In this document: positions 40,077-53,820 of the stretch, in pieces
Numbering within the stretch: the stretch's first letter is position 1
Layout of the letters: every line of letters begins with the position of its first letter
Source: Eledone cirrhosa
Taxonomy: Eukaryota
Length of the DNA stretch: 64,000 nucleotides
Direction of reading: 5' to 3'
Assembly (NCBI GenBank): GCA_964016885.1
Contig: CAXHJY010001592.1
Coordinates: 1 to 64,000, forward strand
The notes under the pieces: model-generated
Seen by the model: only the letters and a program-made list of their open reading frames with translations
What the model was told of the DNA's origin: nothing
Database searches by the model: none
Program-made: the position numbers and the translations under genes

Positions 40077-40296
40077 CACCATCATCTTATATATGTGTGT
40101 ATGTGAGTGTGTGTGTATGTGTGTGTGTATGTGTAAGGTGGGATGAAGAATGATGTCTTTATACAATCTGGAGAGAAAAGAATCGTTTAATAAAAATTAT
40201 AGATTAGAAAATAAAAGATTTTTGGTGTACATAAATGTAGACATATTGTTGACATATTGAAAGGAGGCGCATTCGAGTACTATATATATGTATCAG

Positions 40297-40346
<50 letters not shown>

Positions 40347-40352
40347 CACACA

Positions 40353-40419
<67 letters not shown>

Positions 40420-40854
40420 GATAGCGGGGGCATATCCAGGTTATGCTGTTAAAAACGGAATTGCGCTTGGTGGAGCATATTTCTGAGACGGAGAAAAATC
40501 GTCAGCTTAAGAATACTCTCCATTAGCCATTACTACACAGAGGTATTGAAAAAATGTAGAAATATTTCCATCCCGTGTGTTACATTGACTATCGCTAGGT
40601 GTCTAATGTGGCCTCTGATTGTGTGGCTTGGCGTCACAAGATCCACCAGCCAGTTTCTTCGTTTGAAATTGCTCAGAGGACTGTTACCGAGAACAAAGGG
40701 AGACAGGGGAATATGCGTGGTTCAACATCATCGAACCCAGAACATAATTTTCCTTACAACCACAAACACTGGGTTTGTCGCAGCGGGCCTGAAATATATC
40801 CCTATGCTTTCTGGTTGTCTGCTCAATACAGCGCTTGACAATTTCGGTCTACAT

Positions 40855-41146
40855 CAGGTATGGGCAACCTTTTTCGAGAAGGGGGCCGCATGAAATATGG
40901 CTCATCATCAGGCGGGCTGCAAGCGCTAATTTACATTTATGCCCACATTAGGAAATTAGGGCGGTAACTCAGGTTATTTTGATTTGTTTCTTCAGAATTC
41001 GTACACGTTGTTTTCCTCGATCGTGAAAATGAGAGAAAGATAAATTACGACTGAAAAGCTGGGGTAAAAAAATCAGAAAGATTTCACTAGGTGACTGAGG
41101 CGAACGATTCAGAAAGCTTCGCGGATCGCAGGTTGCCCATGACTTA
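40855..41146. mobile_element. hAT-type MITE
   Basis: TIRs CAGGTATGGGCAACCT / AGGTTGCCCATGACTT. Confidence 0.7.
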
Positions 41147-41783
41147 TCTGGCTTTTTATACCAGGCATACTTTTAAAAAGACGTCCACATAAAGTGCACG
41201 TTAGGTTTTGTACAGCTAAGTATATACATACATATTATGTATGTAGATAGATACGTATGTACAATTTTCACGTGTGTATGTATATACGTACATACTACTT
41301 ATGTACATATGTGTATATGCATGTACATGTGTGTACGTACATACTACGTTTGCTTAAAATATGTTTGTGTATATATACATACTACATATGGATGTATCTA
41401 TGCATGTAATTAGATAATTAAATTAATCACATAAATTGATTACACGGCACATTCTTCTTCTGATGTTGAGAACGACGTAGACATACATATATAGCAACGC
41501 CCCATGCCTTGTCGCCCTCTTCAACAATTAAAGGATCTTATCCTGAAAGTTCGCCAACATTGCAGTATACAATATGTAAATAATTGAAAACCTTTGCCTT
41601 TATTTCCTTCTGTTTCTATTTTCTTTTTTCAATTTCTTTCATCTTCGTTTTTTTTCTTCCTCACTCTCTTTTTTGTTATCTCCATCTTCATCTCCCATCT
41701 TAATCCAGCATCTTCCACCCTCAACTCAGCATCTCTCACCCTCCATCTAGCATCCATCATACCCCACCCTTCATCTCACACAG

Positions 41784-41859
41784 TCTTCTTCTTCTTCTTC
41801 TTCTTCTTCTTCTTCTTCTTCTTCTTCTTCTTCTTCTTCTTCTTCTTCTTCTTCTTCTT
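41784..41859. repeat. (CTT)n microsatellite
   Basis: Pure trinucleotide run. Confidence 0.97.
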
Positions 41860-42332
41860 TAAAATGTTTCTAAATAATTAAAATAATATCAAAGTAACAT
41901 GGAACATTGCCCAATAACTGATAAACATTATATTTCTTTATTTTACCATTTAGTCAGCGAATATAGGACAGCACCCCGTGATCCTTTATTGTTTTAGTGT
42001 CTTCGAGACTAGTGAGATGAAGGGAGGAAGTTATCCTCAAATCGGACACCTGACCTAAATACTTGCAACTTAATTATTTCCGTTAAAAGTACTCAAGGAC
42101 CGGGTGTTGATATTAATCCCAGGGACGTATTAAGTTCAACACCAAAGAATTAAGGTTATAGGGAACTGGAACAATTACCGCAAGGTATTTCAACCAAGTG
42201 TCTAAAATTTCCGGTTAATCTAATAATTGTGAAAGGATGAACAACTAAGTCAACTTCAGCAGGATTTGAAATCAGAACATAATGCAAGCCATTTGTCTGA
42301 CACTAATGAATCAGTCAATTCACCACCCTATA

Positions 42333-42518
42333 TAATTGTTTCTACTTTTGGCACAAGGCCAGCAATCACACCAGTGCATTACTGGTACTTTATTTTATCG
42401 TAAGGGTGAAAAGCAAAGTAAACCTCGGCGTGATTTGAACTCAGAACGTAAAGGGCCATGACTCTATGCTGCAAAGCATGGTGTCTGACGCTCTACCGAT
42501 ACTGCCAATCCCCCGCAC
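42333..42518 (-). mobile_element. tRNA-derived SINE
   Basis: Family copy. Further copies lie at about 44065-44281 (-) and 51498-51603 (-). Confidence 0.85.
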
Positions 42519-42707
42519 TATATGATTTCCAGTCATCTTCCGTCCATGACTGCTACTTTAATTCATCAACCTCTGGAAGGATGAAAGACAAAGTCAGGTT
42601 CAGTGGCATTCGAACGCAGGACATATAGAACTATAACTAAATACACAATGTTCTGACATAGACACAAGACACCAATTATTTTCTTTTAAGGGAGGTAGGG
42701 GTGAAAA

Positions 42708-43042
42708 TACGAGGGTCGGTTGAAAATTTCATAGGCTGACCAAGATACTCTCATGGAATGACCAAATGAGATTTATTTTCCAACATAGTCCCTGGAAAGA
42801 AACAATGCAGTTATTAATAAGAAGAGTTGAAATTAATACATGCAAGATTTCACAGCTCTAGCATCACTCCTTTATAGCCTGACCAAGATATTCTCATGGA
42901 ATGACCAAATGAGGTTTATTTTCCAACATAGACTCGGAAAAGAAACAATGCAGTTATTAAAAAGAAAAGTTGAAATTAATGCAAGATTTCACAGCTCTAG
43001 TCCTTCATAGTCAGCCTATGAACCTTTCAGCCAACCCTCGTG
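42708..43042. mobile_element. mariner-type MITE with an internal ~140-bp duplication
   Basis: TACGAGGGTCGGTTGAAAATTTCATAGGCTGAC / GTCAGCCTATGAACCTTTCAGCCAACCCTCGTG. Confidence 0.8.
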
Positions 43043-44715
43043 CATCCTCCTAGTACTCAACTGGAACTTTATTTAATTGATCACAGTAACATGGAAGGCA
43101 CAATTGATCTTAGTGAAGTTCAAACTTAAAACATAAAGAGCCGGAATTATGGTTTATTACATAGATACAAGGACAGGAATTTAGTAGGAGGGGTTAATCA
43201 ATGAAACTAACCCTAGTACTTTATTTGATCGACCATCGAAAAGACAAGGTTGATCTCGGTGAGATTTGAACTCAGACAGTAAAGAGCTGGTATTTTGCAA
43301 GGTATTTTGCCCGTCACTCTATCGATTTTACCAATTAACTGTTCAATAGCAATGTCATAAATATATATTATATGGGAAGACAGTGATATGACTTTGTTGA
43401 GCGCCACCTCTGGTCTCCTCATTAAAAGTCAATGTGGTCGTTGTTGTTGTTGTTGTTGTTGTTGTTACTGTTGTCTGTGTAGAAACAATAGGTACAAAGA
43501 GCTGAGTGACTCTGGTTTAGTTAGTATTAGCTAACATAAAGACACTAGCTGTCAGCTAAAATGTCACGTTGTCATTGGAAACACGTCCCAGCCTGTTGTA
43601 GCCGTTACTGTTATTGTTGTTGTTGTGGTTGCTGCTGCTCTTGTTATTTAGGCCCAGGTCAACGCCGAGTGAGTAGACCTATGATCAAAGTCATTCAATA
43701 TATGACAAAGCTGGGTCTTCGAATTACAAGCAGAACCCATCCAACAGAATGTTTCCAGTCACATTCCGTCTTCTCAATTTCACTCACAAACATTGGGATG
43801 GCCGATGTAGCGGGTGTCTCTGGCCATTCTTCATGGTAATGTTTTTACCGCTTTATCTGCGGGACGTAATTGTGGCACCGCTCAGATTGGGGTGTAGTGA
43901 CTGCCCTTCCCTCTCATTTTCTTTCAAGGCTTAATTCTTCTTTCCTTTTTTCCTTTTCTCTTTTTCATTGTCTTTTTTCATTTTTCATTTTTGTTCCCTT
44001 TAATAGTTTATTTTGTTTTTCTAAGATACTGCACAACATGTACCTGTACTTTACAATAATTAATGATTTCTGATTTAGGTATAAGGCCGACAATTTTTGG
44101 GGAGGGGAAAGTCGATGAAATCGACCCCAGTACATTACTAGTACTTTATTTTATCTACCCCGTAAGGATGAAAGGCAAAGTCAACCTCGGCAGAATTTGA
44201 ACTCAGAACGCAAAGGGCCATAACTCTATGTCGCTAGGCATGGTGTCCGATGTTCTACCGATGCTGTCAATCCACCGCCCTGTACTTTACATTAATTAAT
44301 AAATTAATTTATTATTTAAAGTAAAAAGGATTGGGATGAGTCAAGGCTATGATAAATAACATTTACTCAAGATGCCACACAGTGAGATTGAACCACGGAC
44401 CTTATGGTTGTGAAGCGAGCATCTTAACTATTTGGACATGATGTGTCTAGATGTAAATATGACAATGGTGAAACATTATTAGTCTATCTGTGTGTTTCTT
44501 TTCCGTTATATTATTATATATTTCAATGATTAAGGTCAGAACAGCATTAAATTGCAGATTTATTAATCTCATTATGAAAGGAGCATTATAATTAGTGAAA
44601 AAAGGTATTAATTAAACCGCGTTATACAGACAACCAATATTTTAAGCTTTTGTTTCGTACAACAAATCTGGGGATAGCTCTTAATTCATAAAATATTATA
44701 TAACTTAATTCCACA

Positions 44716-44756
<41 letters not shown>

Positions 44757-44813
44757 AAGAGAGAGATAGATAGATGTATATGTGTGTGTATGTATGTATA
44801 TATTCAATTAGTT

Positions 44814-44870
<57 letters not shown>

Positions 44871-44908
44871 GAAATATAAGAATCAAAGAACTGTTCAAAA
44901 CATTATTG

Positions 44909-44955
44909 TGCTTACAGCTGTTTCCTCCAAACCGAGGTTTGGATTCTTCGGAGCA
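44909..44955 (-). ncRNA. Type I hammerhead ribozyme, U4C core variant
   Basis: Reverse complement of 49851-49897. It is sense to the ORF and about 1.45 kb downstream of the stop. Confidence 0.75.
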
Positions 44956-46398
44956 ATTTATTAATGCATGGACAGTTATATGACCTCCTTTTCAGCCGAG
45001 AGACATACCAATACATATTCAAACATTGATACATATTCAAACATTGTGGGTCAACATTCATTACAAAATTTAGAGTGGCAGTACACACTTCGAGATTACA
45101 TTTATATTAATAGGTACAATCAAAAATCAAAGATATAGGTTAAAGTACAACATGAAGATAAGTGGTTATATAGTGCAAATGTTATATGTGTGGCACGCAT
45201 GTGCGTCTTGTTTATATAGTGTGGCAGAGAGATATGTGTGGTAGAGGCACTTAGGTAGGTAAATAAGAGTGTTAGGTTGGTAGATCTGGTGGCAAAGTCT
45301 TTATATGATTGATGTAGTCTGTGTGTGGAGAAATATTATAAGCATTAAAGATAGTGCAAGCATTAAAAGTGTTATAAGTATTGGAGATGCACAACGCAGG
45401 GATGTCAAGTAATTCATGTACTTCGGCATTTTCATGGTCAAGGGAGTGTATATTTCGATTATATGCCTTTCACATAATCCACGACAATCCAGTTAGAGAT
45501 CGTAGTCTGGTGTTCTTTAGTTCGATACAGGAGGTTGTTACGTTTCGAGAGACGCCATTGAATACCGGAAGTGTGTGTGTGGCTAAGGGGAGTTAATGCA
45601 TGCGGGGAGGTAACTCTGGGGTTTCTATATCTAGCCATTAAAATGTGTCCCAATATGGACCCTAAATTCTATGGTGAGGTGCACCTTCCAAGAGAGACTT
45701 TTAAAGCATAAAGTGTACTAACTATAGAGTAGTTTAACTAAATTATGCTGAAGGTGATCATATTATTATTAAGGTGGATTAACCCATCTTAAGGTGCTAC
45801 AAATGGAAATTATAGATGATGAGCGAGGATTCTAAATTAATGATCTCTGTGGTTGTAGTCTGCTCATATGACCAGGCGCGGTGATTGCAGGATTGCTTCA
45901 GGACCCAATGATCTCTGGTAAGATCTGGGTCATCGCTTGCTACATTGGATGTCGAAAGATAATCGTCCCCAGGCAGGCCAAAGGTCAATCCGCAGTCCTC
46001 GCGACCCCTCTCTGACCGTCAGATCATCCATATACGTACAACCCGCACGGCAGTTGCATTGCATTCACTCACTGCGCTCAGCAGCCCGGTCCTACTGGTC
46101 AACAGCGCTACTCGATTAAATCATTTTACATCTGTCTAAGGAAGGTGTTTCCTCTGCCCAACACCATCCAACCGATCAATTCATGCTCAAATTACCCTTA
46201 GAGCGGTGTAGTGCCGTCCAGGTGGGTGGATGTTGTCACACCTGCCGTAGAGGTATAAATGGGTATTTTCCCTGCGAAGGGTTCCAGAGGGATGTCGTTG
46301 TTTGTGTTATAATGGATCAGCTAGTGTTGGGTATGTAGTATAGGGTGTGTCTCTGGTGTTTGATGCTAGATGTGGTGTTAGGTTCCAGTCCGACATTG

Positions 46399-48763
46399 CT
46401 ATATATAGGGCTTAAAGTTTTGGAAGGAATGTCTGAGGCGGTGTTGGCAAGTTGCAAACACCTCCGATTTTTTGTTAAGTAGGTTACGGTTGGAGAAGAT
46501 AATATTGTGTGTCTCTAGTATACAGAGGTTACAGAATTTATTAGGTGGTTTGTACGAGGTCGCGCTGCCTATCACTTCCCATTTGAGTGTGTATGGTTTA
46601 TTTTTAGATTTTAGATAGTGTATGTAGCTAGAAAGTGAGGTGGAGTTGGCTAGGCTGTGCTTTTTGAACGAGTGGATGTGCGAGTTATATCTAATTTTGA
46701 AGCAGTTAGAAGTGGAGCCTACATAGGTTTCTGAAGAGTTATTAGTCGTGACTGTGCATGAGTATATGACATCCTTGGTTAGGCATTTTTTATCTAAAGG
46801 GCAGGTTCTATTAGCTCTACAGTTACAATTATTCTGTGCGTTAGTCCGCTGGTTATAATGCAATGCGGAAGTCTGTGTGGTGGATATAGGATTTTGGGTG
46901 TTCAGGTTGACAACCCTGGTGTTATTACTTATACTAGTGTTATTTCTATTGTTACTGCCGTTGCTATTGTTGCTTGCTACAGTGGTATTTAGAGGGTTTG
47001 CATCCCGTTGTGATTTTGTTTGTTGGAAGTAAGAACTAATTTTACTATTATTGCTGCTAGCTATGTGGTATGCTAAGTTAGGCGTCGTAGAGTATGAGAT
47101 TTTAATGGTGTTTTTGTTTAAGAGGTTGTGGTACTTGTGTCCTAGAGGGAAGTTTTTATCTAGTAGTGAGAAGAAAGCCCTAGGTATGTTGGTGGAGACA
47201 TTTAGGTTGAAAGGAGGGTTGAAAAATGTATTATTTCTTCTTCTATTTTTGCTTTTAGTGTTTGGTGTGTTGCTTCCTCCTAAGGCCTCACAGTAGTTTC
47301 CATGGTAATGGTTACTTCCGGTGGCACCCTCCGCTTTGGTGTACTTGTGGTTGCTATTCCTATTATTAGATTTCCTCATGGACATGTTGTGCGAGATGAT
47401 GTTGTAGCTATGTGTTTTCTTAGGTAGGAACTCTATTTCTATATTATGGCCGGAGCTAGCTAATGCTTGATTGTAATATTGTGAGTTTTTGCTAAATATG
47501 TTTGCGTCATAGGACAGACTAGAGATTCTATTGGACACCCCCTTAGAGATAGAGTTTAATATTGATCTAGGGTGATTAGACTTGGTATCTACGTAAATAA
47601 GTTTCTCATTAGGCTTATGGAAAGGTGTATATATTTTTGAGTCTAGGTATAGTGTGGCGTCAAGGAAGTTAACATTTTTAGTGTTTTTGTCCATGGTGAT
47701 ACTAAGGTTAAAGTTTTTGAATGTCTTATGCAGTTGTTTTCTAGTTCTTTCTATATTAAATTTTTTATATTCTATGAGTAGAAGTGCATCATCGCGGTAC
47801 AAACCACCGTTGAGGTAAGGGAGGTCTTTATGGATTTCATTGAGGAGGTATAGGCCGACCAAATCAGTGACCTGCGCCGAGTCACTAGATCCCATGGTTA
47901 TGTCGAAGTTGTTGTGCGTATCCTTGCGTGTCCATAGTTGGTCCTCGAAGGTGATTATGGTTTTACGGGCCGCAAGGATGACATCAACCTGGGCTCTAGT
48001 CAGGTCGCTATTGGTCATGGCCATGATAAGTGCCTTATTTAATAGGATAGGGGAAATAGAGGTGTAGTATGAATTGATATCAAATTGAATAAATTTTTTG
48101 TTCTTATTATTCTTGATATCCTTAAACCATTCAATTACTTCACCCGTATTTCCCCATTGTTTAAGGTGTATCTTGTGTTTAATTTGTGGGATGATTTTAT
48201 CCAAAATCTTCTTGCTGATAATACCAATGTCGGACTTGGAAGGGCAGATAAGTCTTATCGTGGGGTTGCTGATGAAGTTCTCCTTATGGTCCTTCAGAGA
48301 GAATCTAGGGGGGTTCGGAGTGAAAGGTTGTGTATGCCTCTGTAGTCCTAGTTTAGACACTATATTATAACCCTCTACATTAATATCTTCTAAGTTTTTC
48401 AAGGTGGTTTTTTTGTAGCTTTTATGTAGTTCATTATATATAAACTTTCTATAAGTAATATAATCTAGGCTGTATATGTTATTAGTTTTATCTGCGTGTA
48501 CAATAATTTTATTACTAGTTTTGAATCCACTAATAGAAGTGTTAAGTTTGTTTAAGAAGGTGTTGCTTCTAATATGGTGCTTATTGTATTTAATGTTCTT
48601 AACTAGTTTAACTAGGTCATTTTCAAAGGAGTTAATTAGAGTGTTATGAGGGGGGCTTTTAAAGGTTTTAAAGCCGAAGGAGTCAAAATTGTTAGTATTA
48701 TTCAAGTTGTTAGATTTGTTTCTATCATAATGGAATGTCCTCCATCTCACTCTATTGATAAAT
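46399..48763 (-). CDS. PLE reverse transcriptase plus GIY-YIG endonuclease (Naiad-like), uninterrupted but slightly 5'-truncated
   Basis: 783-aa ORF: FINRVRWRTF (annotated start is an internal GTG), HADKTNN, RLICPSKSDIG, FIQFDINSYYTSI, FDITMGSSDSA, GLYRDDA, NFLDATL, FNPPFN, CNCRANRTCPLDKKC, IYSC..YVGST..FKIRYNSH, CNLCILE. Confidence 0.95.
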
Positions 48764-49850
48764 GTTGTACGTATATGGATGATCTGACGGTCAGAGAGGG
48801 GTCGCGAGGACTGCGGATTGACCTTTGGCCTGCCTGGGGACGATTATCTTTCGACATCCAATGTAGCAAGCGATGACCCAGATCTTACCAGAGATCATTG
48901 GGTCCTGAAGCAATCCTGCAATCACCGCGCCTGGTCATATGAGCAGACTACAACCACAGAGATCATTAATTTAGAATCCTCGCTCATCATCTATAATTTC
49001 CATTTGTAGCACCTTAAGATGGGTTAATCCACCTTAATAATAATATGATCACCTTCAGCATAATTTAGTTAAACTACTCTATAGTTAGTACACTTTATGC
49101 TTTAAAAGTCTCTCTTGGAAGGTGCACCTCACCATAGAATTTAGGGTCCATATTGGGACACATTTTAATGGCTAGATATAGAAACCCCAGAGTTACCTCC
49201 CCGCATGCATTAACTCCCCTTAGCCACACACACACTTCCGGTATTCAATGGCGTCTCTCGAAACGTAACAACCTCCTGTATCGAACTAAAGAACACCAGA
49301 CTACGATCTCTAACTGGATTGTCGTGGATTATGTGAAAGGCATATAATCGAAATATACACTCCCTTGACCATGAAAATGCCGAAGTACATGAATTACTTG
49401 ACATCCCTGCGTTGTGCATCTCCAATACTTATAACACTTTTAATGCTTGCACTATCTTTAATGCTTATAATATTTCTCCACACACAGACTACATCAATCA
49501 TATAAAGACTTTGCCACCAGATCTACCAACCTAACACTCTTATTTACCTACCTAAGTGCCTCTACCACACATATCTCTCTGCCACACTATATAAACAAGA
49601 CGCACATGCGTGCCACACATATAACATTTGCACTATATAACCACTTATCTTCATGTTGTACTTTAACCTATATCTTTGATTTTTGATTGTACCTATTAAT
49701 ATAAATGTAATCTCGAAGTGTGTACTGCCACTCTAAATTTTGTAATGAATGTTGACCCACAATGTTTGAATATGTATCAATGTTTGAATATGTATTGGTA
49801 TGTCTCTCGGCTGAAAAGGAGGTCATATAACTGTCCATGCATTAATAAAT

Positions 49851-49897
49851 TGCTCCGAAGAATCCAAACCTCGGTTTGGAGGAAACAGCTGTAAGCA
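49851..49897 (+). ncRNA. Type I hammerhead ribozyme, U4C core variant
   Basis: TGCT-CCGAAGA-A-TCCAAAC-CTCG-GTTTGGA-G-GAAAC-AGCT-GTA-AGCA, with palindromic helix III (ACAGCTGT). Confidence 0.75.
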
Positions 49898-50415
49898 CAA
49901 TAATGTTTTGAACAGTTCTTTGATTCTTATATTTCATATAACTGCTCTGTAAATCATCTGATGTTTTTACATTGAGCTACTTAACTTACTGGTAATAAGG
50001 TAGTAATACATTACTGCCTACCACTATTTAGGGTGTGTGTAAAATACTTACAACTGCTTAAGGTTTTGTGTTTACATAACCATAAATAGTATAACTAATA
50101 CTATATATATATATAAACTAATTATCCATATTAAAAAAATTGTTTATAAGCCATAAATAAAAACGTACTTCCTCATCCGTTTTTACATGTCGTGGTCTTT
50201 GCCTATCAAGATCTCACGTTCAATCAACTACTACAACATCAAAAAACTATGTAGCCAAACCACAGTTGCCGTAATATGTGATTGAAAGCAACGATGCTTA
50301 ATTTCATCAAATGCTTGCTAAAAAAAAAGACAACATATCGTTACCATATTTCTAATAAAAGATTCTGCCAATGGTTTTCAATTCATTTTGAAAATAATCA
50401 ATACTTTAGAGTGAT

Positions 50416-50494
<79 letters not shown>

Positions 50495-50557
50495 GTAAGA
50501 ATATTTTCGAAACAGCGAGTGGATTTGAAATTATTAGAAATGTTAGCTATCATTTCT

Positions 50558-50602
<45 letters not shown>

Positions 50603-52036
50603 CTGGTCATTGTTAAGCTCGTGTTTAGAATATTGCAATATTGTTTACATAAAATTATGGTGGAAGATTTTTAGATAAATACAAACACTTTAAAACAAAC
50701 AGTTGTTTATTGCGGCACCGAGAGTGGTTTCAAGCGGTTTAGTATCAAAAAGCAATTCTATTATACTCTATTATGATAAATGGAAACAATTTATCAACCT
50801 GATACCAATGTAGCTCAAATTCAACTGCAAAGAGAATAAAATTGTCACGGAAAGCACCACCAATATTAGAATTGTTATTCGTGATGTAGAATCATATATT
50901 GTTTCTCAGCCAACAAATGCCAAATTATCTATAACTATAGTTGTTATCGACATTTCTGTATCATCATCAAAATAGGAGGAAAGAGAAAAATATACAACAT
51001 CGCCCCCTGGAGAGTATACAAACACAGTTTAGAAGTTTCAACTGGATATTTAATTTTAATTAACAAGCCTTTACTGATCATTGATATACTTCTGTTTATA
51101 TAACAACACCATCATCACTACCACCATCTTCACCACCACCACCTTTATCGTCCTCCTCCTCATCATTATCACAACCACTAACACCATAACCACCACCACC
51201 GTGTATATATATACACACATATATATATGTGTGTGTGTGTGTATATATTATATGTAGGCCAATGTAATGTGACTCGTGACTTTTCTGTGGCATCAATTGT
51301 TCACCCTTGTCCTTTTGTCGATCAGTCGACCTTTTAAACATCTGAAGGTCAACTTGCAATTTTAAAGAATAAATTTAATACTTTTTAAAGAGAAAATTCT
51401 AAATTTTGAAAAACAGAAAATAAGTTTGTTTTAATCCTTTCGTAACCATATTTTTAATGAAAGGTTCTGCCTATGATTTGTAAATCATTTTGAAAATAAT
51501 TGTTTCTACTTTAGGCACAAGGCCAGCAATTACCCAGTGCATTACTGGTACTTTATTTTATCGACCCCGTAAGGATGAAAGGCAAAGTCAACCTCGGCGG
51601 GATTGGATAAATTTAGTGATATAATTAAATCTCTTATTATTAAGCTGGTGTTTGGAACATAACTTAAAAAAGATTCTTATATAAAACACTTTAATCCGTC
51701 CATTACCATATTCCCAACGAAAGGCATTGCATCTGATTTTCAAATAATTTTGAAAATAATCTAAAGAATTTGAAGACATTCAGTACTATAACTAACTTTC
51801 TCAATATTTTGAATGTAACTTAACAAATTCTTTTATACAAAAGTCTGATGGAAACAGTTTTCCACAGAAGTCCTATTAAAAAGATTTAAATAAATGAAGA
51901 AAATTGTACATAATTACCTGCTGACGATTTACGAGTAGAATCAAATTAGAATGAATTGCCAAAAATATCTGAGAGGTCAAAAGGCATGTCATTAAAAGTT
52001 ACTAATACTCTCTCTCCCTCTTTCTCTCCCCCTCTC

Positions 52037-52081
<45 letters not shown>

Positions 52082-52087
<6 letters not shown>

Positions 52088-52197
52088 ACGAGTAGGACCC
52101 CGACGGCTGAGCTCAAGCCGTTTCGACGGCTAATTCTGTCCAGAATTAGCCGTCGAAACGGCTTGAGCTCAGCCGTCGGGGTCCTACTCGTTCCTAT
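52082..52197. repeat. Near-perfect 116-bp palindrome made from the 3' half of a hammerhead ribozyme
   Basis: 57-bp arms around a TC centre. Each strand reads ...GCCGTC-GAAACGGCT-TGAGCTC-AGCCGTC-GGGG, and the right arm continues to about 52277 before (TA)n. Confidence 0.85.
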
Positions 52198-52379
52198 TAC
52201 CCACTCTACTACCCTAAGTATTGAGTACTTTGGTGCGTTATGGTCCATCTGGTTCCTTACCACATTTCCTTCGTTATATATATATACAGGATGTTATACC
52301 GAAGAGGAACAGAATGTAACCAATACATTAAGTAAGAACGTACATGAAACATTTCCAGACATGTAGAATTCATTTCTAT

Positions 52380-52545
52380 ATGGTATTTCCCGGCGTCGAA
52401 GACGCTACTTTTTCCCCAAAATAAGTCTTAAAAATCTACCATGCATCATAGAGGCCGAAGGTTGTTTATCCTTTTTTTTCAAATATTTCGTTGTCAAAAT
52501 TGGGGTGCGTCCACGAAGACGAAGCGTCTTCGGCGCCGGATATAT
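52380..52545. mobile_element. pogo/Tc2-like MITE
   Basis: Inverted ends CCGGCGTCGAAGACGCT / AGCGTCTTCGGCGCCGG. Confidence 0.65.
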
Positions 52546-52596
52546 ATAATATATATATATATATTGGAAAATGTGTGTAATCCTTGGTACAGTTAG

Positions 52597-53820
<1,224 letters not shown>

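Larger units (their letters stand above)
44866..50100 (-). mobile_element. Young Naiad-like Penelope-like element with a ~1.18-kb inverted pLTR/3' copy
   Basis: 44866-46042 is the reverse complement of 48764-49940 (coordinate sums match at both ends, so no net indel). It encloses the RT-GIY-YIG ORF, and TA tracts lie outside. Confidence 0.95.

Noticed and set aside
43790-43905. Possible minus-strand exon ending in GTGAGT, and similar unique patches near 25740-25917 and 41445-41545
   Set aside because: No recognisable protein similarity, and splice-like motifs are common by chance.
46399-48763. Selenocysteine recoding, as reported for some Naiad PLEs
   Set aside because: The long ORF has no in-frame TGA, and the Cys motifs before the GIY-YIG domain are ordinary Cys codons in all Naiad-like copies here. 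I identified no SECIS.
45381-49425. Short ORFs duplicated in the inverted arms
   Set aside because: They are by-products of the pLTR duplication and show no protein motifs.
52290-52372. CCGAAGA...GAAACAT..ATGTA hammerhead-like motif
   Set aside because: Stem I and stem II do not pair convincingly.
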